60,927 nucleotides of DNA, from the NCBI GenBank assembly GCA_964419615.1, contig CAYQPU010000004.1, forward strand, positions 1-60,927. Direction: 5' to 3'. Of this stretch, positions 54,575 through 60,927 are shown piece after piece (positions within the stretch are counted from its first letter, which is position 1; every line of letters begins with the position of its first letter). Origin of the DNA: an uncultured Methanosarcinales archaeon. GTDB taxonomy: Archaea > Nanobdellota > Nanobdellia > Woesearchaeales > JAGVZT01. The notes below the pieces were generated by a model. That model was not told where the DNA came from. It saw nothing but the letters and a program-made list of their open reading frames with translations, and made no database searches. The position numbers and the translations under genes are program-made.

Positions 54575-55228
54575 ATGAATATAACTCAATTAGCCTCATT
54601 CGGATTAATGCTTGGTGGTTTGAGATCTGCTACTAGAAGATCCAGATCAAGCTATGCATTAAGTTCTAGAAGAAGAGAAAAACAAAAGCCTGCTGAACCT
54701 GTTGACAGATCAGATATTGTTAAGGATCCAAACATGGTATATCATGAATATGAAGGAATTATATCTCCTAAGATTTTTTTATCTTATCTTAAGTTTTTTG
54801 AAAGTGAATTAATTGAACAATTCTCTAATGAACCAGTATCATATGAAATAGGATATTTCTTAAGAAATAGAAAACAAACAGAGCAGTTTATGATGGATGG
54901 AGACACAAAAGCTGTTATTAAACCAGGTTCAATTGATGATTTATTTGGAGAGACATTCCAAGCAAACAGAGCTAATTGGTTAATTGATGATTTCAAAATA
55001 GTTTATCAAGTGCAAGAACAAGATGTTACTGTAACTGTTGAATATGATGCAGAAACAGACCTAGCAGATGAATTACACATTACTGTTGAAGGTGATAATG
55101 ACTTTGCTGAGTCACTCAGAAAAAAGTTAAAGGACACTGATTTTCAACTTAAAGGTTTGCCTTCACCTAAGGAAGGTACGATTATGATTGATGACTGGTA
55201 TGGAGAATACAACTCTCCATTCTATTAA
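54575..55228 (+). CDS. Hypothetical protein
   Basis: ATG 54575; Arg/Ser-rich N-terminus, acidic C-terminus. Confidence 0.6.
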   Translation: MNITQLASFGLMLGGLRSATRRSRSSYALSSRRREKQKPAEPVDRSDIVKDPNMVYHEYEGIISPKIFLSYLKFFESELIEQFSNEPVSYEIGYFLRNRKQTEQFMMDGDTKAVIKPGSIDDLFGETFQANRANWLIDDFKIVYQVQEQDVTVTVEYDAETDLADELHITVEGDNDFAESLRKKLKDTDFQLKGLPSPKEGTIMIDDWYGEYNSPFY

Positions 55229-55234
55229 TAATCA

Positions 55235-55903
55235 TTATAAAAACACATGCACCTTTTCCTTAATACTACAATACTTCTTATCTTTAAAATAATATAATAA
55301 TGCAGGTCTATGAGCACCATCCTGATAATACTGATTAGTTTTATTTAAAAGCTCAAGCTTTCTAATCCTTTTTCTAAAGTTTCTTTTATCAAGCTCTTTA
55401 TCCAAAATGGTCTCATAAAGTTGCTGTAATTGGGTTAATGTAAATCTCTTTGGGAGAATCTGAAAAGCAATATTAGTTGTCTGTATCTCAAACTTTAATT
55501 CATCAAGAGCATCGTTAATAATTTTCCTATGGTCAAAGGCTAAATTTGGAAGAGTATCAATGTCAAACCACTTTGCCTGTTTTGCATCTGTTGAAGCAAC
55601 TAACTCATAATTTGGATTAACCAGAGCAATAAAAGCATTTGAAATTACTCTACCTCTTGGATCTCTACCAATGGTTCCATAAGTGCCAAGCTGCTTTAAA
55701 AAAACATCCTTAACACCAGTCTCCTCTTCAAGCTCTCTTTTAACAGCATCTTCAAGTTCTTCATCTGCATTAACAAAACCACCAGGTAATGCAAATTTAT
55801 TCTTAAATGGATTATTTTTTCTTTGAACCAACAGAATCTTAAGACTGTCATTTAAGACTGTAAACACCACAGCATCCACTGTATTACTAATTTGACTGCT
55901 CAT
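55235..55903 (-). CDS. nrtR: NrtR transcriptional regulator (Nudix + winged HTH)
   Basis: TVDAVVF, FALPGGFV..RELEEETGV, RDPRGRVIS, LAFDH, then FTLTQLQQLYETIL..LDKRNFRKR..HRPA.LY. Confidence 0.93.
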   Translation of the reverse strand: MSSQISNTVDAVVFTVLNDSLKILLVQRKNNPFKNKFALPGGFVNADEELEDAVKRELEEETGVKDVFLKQLGTYGTIGRDPRGRVISNAFIALVNPNYELVASTDAKQAKWFDIDTLPNLAFDHRKIINDALDELKFEIQTTNIAFQILPKRFTLTQLQQLYETILDKELDKRNFRKRIRKLELLNKTNQYYQDGAHRPALLYYFKDKKYCSIKEKVHVFL

Positions 55904-55907
55904 TTCA

Positions 55908-55928
55908 ATAGTGTACAACATACACAAT
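55908..55928. promoter_or_regulatory. NrtR-like operator at the nrtR promoter (autoregulation)
   Basis: ATAGTGTA-CAACA-TACACAAT; abuts the minus-strand TATA TTTATATA (55928-55935) and ends 4 nt before the ATG. Confidence 0.78.
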
Positions 55929-55982
55929 ATATAAATGTTCTGCTAAGAAACCTTTATAAATAAGTGAACTAAATAGCATATT

Positions 55983-57059
55983 ATGTTGGACTGGAATGGA
56001 GTATATAATGCATTAATTAGTAATGGTCATGGTAATAAACTAAATGAAGCGGCCATTATCTTGGGAATATTTGTATTCATTGCAGTTTTCATAAATGTGT
56101 TCTTCTATAAATTGTTCAGATTACTAACTAAACTAACAAAATCAGAACTTGATGATAAACTCAGAAAAGTTTTAAGAACACCAATATTCTTTACAATAAT
56201 CAACATTGGTTTTCTAGTTGCATACAATCATTCTGGACTATACCCAGATAATTCAGTCATGATTGCGAATCTCTTTTACTCTTTATTCATATTAATCTGG
56301 TTACTAACAACATTTAAAATAATCAAAACCACTTTAGATTATTATGGTGAGCACACGAAAAAATTCAAGATGGGTGGTTTGTCAAAAGAAATGCTTCCAT
56401 TTTTTGAAAAAATCCTTGGTGCAGGGTTTATTGTAATTGCCATGTTTTTTCTTATGAAGATTTGGAAATTAGATATAAGTCCATTGATCGCATCTGCTGG
56501 AGTTGCAGGAATTGCTTTGGCATTTGCAGCCAAAGACACAATTGCAAATGTTTTTGGCGGTGTATTTATATTCTTTGATAAAACATATGAAATCGGAAGT
56601 TATGTGTTAATTGATGACAGATATCGGGGCGAAGTAGTAGACATGGGACTTAGAACCACAAAAATAAAAACAAGGGACGATATTGAACTTACGATCCCAA
56701 ACAGTATAATGGCTAATTCTGTTGTTGTAAATGAAAGTGGTGGACACAAAGGAATGCTAAGAGTAAGAATGAAACTGGGAATCCAATATGGTGAAGACAT
56801 AAAAAAAATGGAAAAAACTCTGAGACAAATAGCCGCAAAAGCAGATTGGGTTGAAGAAAATCCAGAACCCAGATTAAGATTTAGAAATATGGGTGAATCT
56901 GCACTTGAATTTGAATTTTTATTTTGGGTAAAAAAACCAGAGCTAAGAGGACGAGCACTATCCGAAATGAACCATTTAGTATATGATGCTTTTAGAAAAA
57001 AGAAAATAAAATTTGGATATGTTTCAGATTTTCATGTAGATATTCATAAGACCAAATAA
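55983..57059 (+). CDS. mscS: Small-conductance mechanosensitive channel
   Basis: ASAGVAGIALAFAAKDTIANVFGG, G.V.DMGLRTTKI, TIPNS. Confidence 0.92.
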   Translation: MLDWNGVYNALISNGHGNKLNEAAIILGIFVFIAVFINVFFYKLFRLLTKLTKSELDDKLRKVLRTPIFFTIINIGFLVAYNHSGLYPDNSVMIANLFYSLFILIWLLTTFKIIKTTLDYYGEHTKKFKMGGLSKEMLPFFEKILGAGFIVIAMFFLMKIWKLDISPLIASAGVAGIALAFAAKDTIANVFGGVFIFFDKTYEIGSYVLIDDRYRGEVVDMGLRTTKIKTRDDIELTIPNSIMANSVVVNESGGHKGMLRVRMKLGIQYGEDIKKMEKTLRQIAAKADWVEENPEPRLRFRNMGESALEFEFLFWVKKPELRGRALSEMNHLVYDAFRKKKIKFGYVSDFHVDIHKTK

Positions 57060-57073
57060 AATTAGATAATTAA

Positions 57074-57811
57074 TTAAATTCTCCAAGAACCGGTAGCGTT
57101 TTCTCTTGAACAAACAAAATATTCTGATTTGGCTTTAACCATTGATTCAAAAGTTTTTGCAGCTACCTTTGGAGTGTTATTGTGACCAGACAAATGACCT
57201 AAAAAAATATAATCTAAATTTCTCCCTTTACTTTCGAGCAAGGTACAGGCATCAAAATTACTCAAATGACCATGATCAGAAAGAATGTGTTGTTTAAGGG
57301 GATAAGGGTATGGTCCATTAACAAGCATATCTACATCATGATTTGATTCTAGTAAAACCATTTTTAATTTGGGTATTGATTTCTTCATTTCTGTTGTCAC
57401 CATTCCAGTATCTGTAAACAAACCAAACTTGTCAATCACAAAACCAGATGAAGGAACAGCATGTGAAGTTTTTACAGGTTTAACCTGAATTCCTTTAATA
57501 CCAAAGCTTTTGTTTAAAGAGAAATACTTAACTTCAATTTTACCAAGATTTCTTGAATGTTCAATAGTATCTCTGGTTGAATAAATTGGAATATCATAAC
57601 GCCTGTGCACCACACCAGCTCCACGAACATGATCACTATGTGCATGTGTTAAAACAAGAGCATCAACATTCTCAAGGCTTCTACCAAGAGAATTCATTCT
57701 CTTTTCTAGCTCTCTACCGCTCTTACCAGCATCAATAAGAATTGACACACCTTTTTTTTCCACAAGACAACAATTCCCATTACTACCTGAAGCAATCACT
57801 GACACTTCCAT
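57074..57811 (-). CDS. MBL-fold metallo-hydrolase (YycJ/WalJ-like)
   Basis: ASGSNGNC, LIDAG, THAHSDHVRG, TDTG, LESNHD, GHLSN, LGHLS.HNN. Confidence 0.9.
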   Translation of the reverse strand: MEVSVIASGSNGNCCLVEKKGVSILIDAGKSGRELEKRMNSLGRSLENVDALVLTHAHSDHVRGAGVVHRRYDIPIYSTRDTIEHSRNLGKIEVKYFSLNKSFGIKGIQVKPVKTSHAVPSSGFVIDKFGLFTDTGMVTTEMKKSIPKLKMVLLESNHDVDMLVNGPYPYPLKQHILSDHGHLSNFDACTLLESKGRNLDYIFLGHLSGHNNTPKVAAKTFESMVKAKSEYFVCSRENATGSWRI

Positions 57812-58287
57812 TAAATTATCCTCTTTTTACAATCTAAAGATTTTATAAACTTTTGAAAAGCTCTTCCACTTATTTCTAATGTTTCAGTATTTATATTTGG
57901 ATGAAAACTAACAAAATCAGAATGCCATACCTTTTTATCAATTAAGACCTCTGTTCTCTTGTCCTTATCAAAAATCAAACCAAAGGGACTAACAGCACCA
58001 GAAGTTGTATTTAGAATGTGATTTAGATCTTCATCATTCGCAAATTTCAATTTCTCATTAACTATCATCCCAAGCTCCCTTAGATCAGCTTTTTTATCTT
58101 CTGGAATAATCACAAGATAAAACCTTCTTGATTTCTTATCTTTTAAAAACAAATTCTTTGAATGCACACCCTTAATTTCTTTTAGATGATCATGTTGCTT
58201 AACATCCTCACATGTAAAAACAGGAGGATGTTCAAATTTCTTAAATTCTATTGCATGCTTTGTTAAGAAATCCTTAACCTCTTTCAT
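57811..58287 (-). CDS. YbaK/ProX (PrdX-like) aminoacyl-tRNA deacylase
   Basis: HPPVFT, SKNLFLKDKK, GAVSPFGL, FHPNINTET. Confidence 0.9.
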   Translation of the reverse strand: MKEVKDFLTKHAIEFKKFEHPPVFTCEDVKQHDHLKEIKGVHSKNLFLKDKKSRRFYLVIIPEDKKADLRELGMIVNEKLKFANDEDLNHILNTTSGAVSPFGLIFDKDKRTEVLIDKKVWHSDFVSFHPNINTETLEISGRAFQKFIKSLDCKKRII

Positions 58288-58330
58288 CAGGATTAAAATG
58301 AGTTTATCACTTTAATATCTTTCCATAGAA

Positions 58331-58762
58331 TTAACTAACAGTAAATTTAAACCGATACCTATCTTTACCAACACGTTTGGGTTTAGTTATAATAAATTCC
58401 CCAATCTCTTTTGTGTTCTGAACATGAGGATCTCTACAAGGCCTTTTATCAAAACCAACAATCTCAACAATTCTAACCTCTTGAACAGAATCTGGAATAC
58501 TTTTCAAAGAAATCTCATTCTCTGCTTCAGATCTAGATTTTGTTTTAATGATAACATTAAGATTCTTTTTAGTAATATCATTTAGTTTGTCTTGGTAATC
58601 TCTAAGGTCATTTTCTCTTAAATCACTTTCACAATTAACATCAATTTCTCCATAATCTTCATAGAATCTGGCCATAACAAACTGGCAATCATACTCATCT
58701 TCTAAAATTTTAGCTAGAATATGTTCTCCTGTTTGAAGGCGTCCTGAGGATTTCATAAACAA
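58331..58762 (-). CDS. Free-standing tRNA editing (AlaX/ThrRS-N2 type, tRNA_SAD) domain protein
   Basis: QTGEHIL, VRIVEI..FDKRPCRDPHVQNTKEIG. Confidence 0.75.
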   Translation of the reverse strand: MFMKSSGRLQTGEHILAKILEDEYDCQFVMARFYEDYGEIDVNCESDLRENDLRDYQDKLNDITKKNLNVIIKTKSRSEAENEISLKSIPDSVQEVRIVEIVGFDKRPCRDPHVQNTKEIGEFIITKPKRVGKDRYRFKFTVS

Positions 58763-58805
58763 TGCTATATTTGTCTAGAATATATAAAATTAATTGTTAG
58801 AAAAA

Positions 58806-59561
58806 CTAAGGTCTAAGCTCTTCTGGAAATTCAGCTGAACCCCATGGAACATATCTTACTTCACCAGCCATAAGTGGTCCTGGTTGAAGTGCATTTATTG
58901 CATCTTCATATTCTGTAGGAGTCATACAATCAATTCCTGAAATCCCCAAAAGTGCTCCTGCGTTAGAACCGTAAGGTATTCTTATTTCAATTGCAGAATC
59001 TCCCACTACCCAGCATTGATCACCAAAGTATTGATTTCCAATATCAACAACCTGTTTAATAATTTCAGGTGTTGCATGAGATGCTATGTCAAACAATTCA
59101 TTTGGTGAAATATATATTTCAGGAACTAAAGTTTTTTCACCTGGAAAACCATCTAATTCACCATTATCATTAAGATCCATTAGACAAACAAATCCATATC
59201 CTTCAACTTTACTAAAAGGAGGATAATCTTTGCCGCACATTCTGGTTAAGTATCCTGTAAGATCTAAAAATTGATCATCTGTAAAATCATGTTCCCACCA
59301 TTCATTCATATAATGTTCCCACCATTGTTGGCCATTTTCAGTTAATGGCACTACAAAAACATTATGTTTTGTACTCCAAGGGTCTGTTGGAGCAATAAAA
59401 GGAGGTTCGTTTTCTCCATGTAATTCTTCCTGTATACCATTTTCAAAAACATTTGTAGTTTCAATTACTTGATCTGGAGGAGCTGCATATGCTGAACTTG
59501 CTATTGCAATAATAGTTGTAAATAGCAATGCTCTTTTTATGGCAGAATAATTATTTGTCAT
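58806..59561 (-). CDS. Hypothetical secreted acidic protein
   Basis: Signal-peptide-like KRALLFTTIIAIASSAYA/AP. Confidence 0.65.
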   Translation of the reverse strand: MTNNYSAIKRALLFTTIIAIASSAYAAPPDQVIETTNVFENGIQEELHGENEPPFIAPTDPWSTKHNVFVVPLTENGQQWWEHYMNEWWEHDFTDDQFLDLTGYLTRMCGKDYPPFSKVEGYGFVCLMDLNDNGELDGFPGEKTLVPEIYISPNELFDIASHATPEIIKQVVDIGNQYFGDQCWVVGDSAIEIRIPYGSNAGALLGISGIDCMTPTEYEDAINALQPGPLMAGEVRYVPWGSAEFPEELRP

Positions 59562-59624
59562 ATACTTGAGCAAGAATCGCCAATATATAAATCTTTCTAT
59601 TTTTTAACTACTTTCAAGTGATAA

Positions 59625-60029
59625 TCAATCATTAGAAACCCTATACTCCTCCCAACTAACATTCCCTTGCTTAATGGCATCCCTAAGCTTTCTCTCAACA
59701 GTTGATAATTGAGATTTACCACTCTTAACTTCAACAAAAACAACCTCCTGGGGCTCTCTACTATCAAGACCCTTAAAAACAACAAAATCAATAGGTTTTC
59801 CAATAAACCTCACTTCTGTGGGAGAATACTTAAAACCAGGCATATATGGAGCCAATTGCTCTGAAAATGAGCCAGTTAGAGCAGCTCTAGAGCGCTTAAT
59901 TGCATCTTTTCGAATGCCATCAGTTTTTTGCTTCCATTTTCTAGCCTCAATAAGCTTACCCACAAAAAAGCCGATAAACAAGAATAGTGTAAGCAATAAA
60001 ATTACGATCACAAGCTCTGCAAAGATCAT
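59625..60029 (-). CDS. Membrane-anchored Holliday junction resolvase-like endonuclease
   Basis: N-terminal TM; R.DAIKRSRA.L.G..SEQLAP, PIDFVVF, FVEVKSG. Confidence 0.88.
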   Translation of the reverse strand: MIFAELVIVILLLTLFLFIGFFVGKLIEARKWKQKTDGIRKDAIKRSRAALTGSFSEQLAPYMPGFKYSPTEVRFIGKPIDFVVFKGLDSREPQEVVFVEVKSGKSQLSTVERKLRDAIKQGNVSWEEYRVSND

Positions 60030-60063
60030 AAAGAAATAAAAGAAAAAGAATTAATAAATATTT

Positions 60064-60498
60064 CTAGACAAATGAACCCATCTGTCCCATGAAAAATATG
60101 GCTGCAATCAATCCCATTATGATCCCAACAAAAAATCCAACTGCAAACATCAGACCCATCCAAACAGCACCCACTTTAAGTGAATCATTCCATTCAAGTT
60201 TTAATAATAATTTTGGAAGAGTAAGGTACAGTGCAACACTTGTTAGGAAACTTATTGCTATCATCACACCTGCGACAGTATCATTTTGAGTTGCAGGTCC
60301 AACTAATCCCAAACCATAACTTGCTAAGCCAACAATTGATGATGGTAACAAAGCACTCACAAAAGAAATCTCCTTTTTAAAAATTTTCCCAGCTAAAAAC
60401 AACATTAAAGCTCCAAGTGGAATAGTTAAAACAAGTCCAATTAACCCATAAAGTGCTTGTGCTCCAAAAGATAATAATCCCATAGCCATAATATTCAC
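60064..60498 (-). CDS. Hypothetical integral membrane protein
   Basis: Four to five hydrophobic segments. Confidence 0.65.
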   Translation of the reverse strand: MNIMAMGLLSFGAQALYGLIGLVLTIPLGALMLFLAGKIFKKEISFVSALLPSSIVGLASYGLGLVGPATQNDTVAGVMIAISFLTSVALYLTLPKLLLKLEWNDSLKVGAVWMGLMFAVGFFVGIIMGLIAAIFFMGQMGSFV

Positions 60499-60578
60499 CT
60501 CTTTGATTCACAATCAGAAATTAGAGTATAAATATGTTGTTAAAATATAATGAAAACAAGAAACAATTAAATTGAGAT

Positions 60579-60905
60579 TTATACTTGTTCTTTAGCAATA
60601 CGTTCTGTTAAGCCGCATTGTGCATAAAACTCCTGTGTTTTCTGAACAATACCTTCTACAGTTAAGTCTTTGACACCTTCATCTAATCTAATAAAGAAGA
60701 ATCTTTTTGGATCTTGATCTGGTTTTTCATAGATATCAACTTGAACTGAGCCAAGTCTAGTAATTATTACTCCAAATTCAAGTTGATTATATGGTTTTTC
60801 AACTGTAGTAGCATAATCTGCAAGCTCTCTGGTCATTATTACAGTTGCACCCACAATATCAGTAACATAATTGTTCTCATCAGGATTTTTCATTTTAACC
60901 ATCAA
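60579..60905 (-). CDS. Hypothetical protein
   Basis: 108-aa ORF with upstream TATA-like sequence. Confidence 0.55.
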   Translation of the reverse strand: MMVKMKNPDENNYVTDIVGATVIMTRELADYATTVEKPYNQLEFGVIITRLGSVQVDIYEKPDQDPKRFFFIRLDEGVKDLTVEGIVQKTQEFYAQCGLTERIAKEQV

Positions 60906-60927
60906 CTATAAGATTTAATTAGAATAT

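Noticed and set aside
725-60289. Many short ORFs in the track that overlap called genes (e.g. 1874-2287, 12223-12543, 15537-15929, 30027-30521, 37560-37934, 46039-46353, 53100-53444)
   Set aside because: They are antisense or off-frame shadows of well-supported genes, with no motifs.
1-60927. CRISPR array or cas operon
   Set aside because: No regularly spaced direct repeats seen; the only Cas4-like gene has no cas neighbours.

Overview
Low-GC archaeal chromosome segment, most consistent with a DPANN (Woesearchaeota-like) genome: PCNA, archaeal RNase J, deoxyhypusine synthase, Dph2, and TATA boxes about 25 nt upstream of many start codons. The lineage is an inference. No rRNA, intact tRNA, CRISPR array, integrase or transposase was seen. 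Two regions stand out. (1) 39.9-55.9 kb: a tightly coupled minus-strand gene run in which a complete deamidating NAD salvage pathway (pncB, pncA, Gln-dependent nadE, Nudix, nadM, two NAD kinases) brackets a Bil-like ubiquitin-conjugation cassette. The cassette comprises a Ubl ending GG-R, a long E2-like protein, a long JAB/JAMM protease and a two-domain IAD+AAD E1, followed by a DDxxD protein and a non-RD Ser/Thr kinase. An NrtR (Nudix+wHTH) regulator lies nearby, and four copies of a 21-bp AGTGTA-N5-TACACT-type palindrome sit at the pncB promoter, before pncA, at the nrtR promoter and inside the JAB gene. I infer an ADP-ribose/NAD-stress-inducible protein-conjugation and phosphorylation system, probably antiviral or stress-related; I do not recognise it as described. 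(2) 14.7-23.4 kb: three tandem, translationally coupled class II ribonucleotide reductases (nrdJ). All keep the catalytic Cys residues but carry three different specificity loops and lack the C-terminal redox tail. They are followed by a CobO adenosyltransferase with a CxxCxxC insertion and preceded by a ChlI/ChlD-like AAA+/VWA pair. Smaller items include a 150-nt structured ncRNA candidate, a COG0523 GTPase with CxCC changed to SxSS, IS200/IS605-end-like hairpins, an NMNAT-like/methyltransferase fusion and a four-repeat phage-like protein. All calls come from motif reading by eye, with no database searches.
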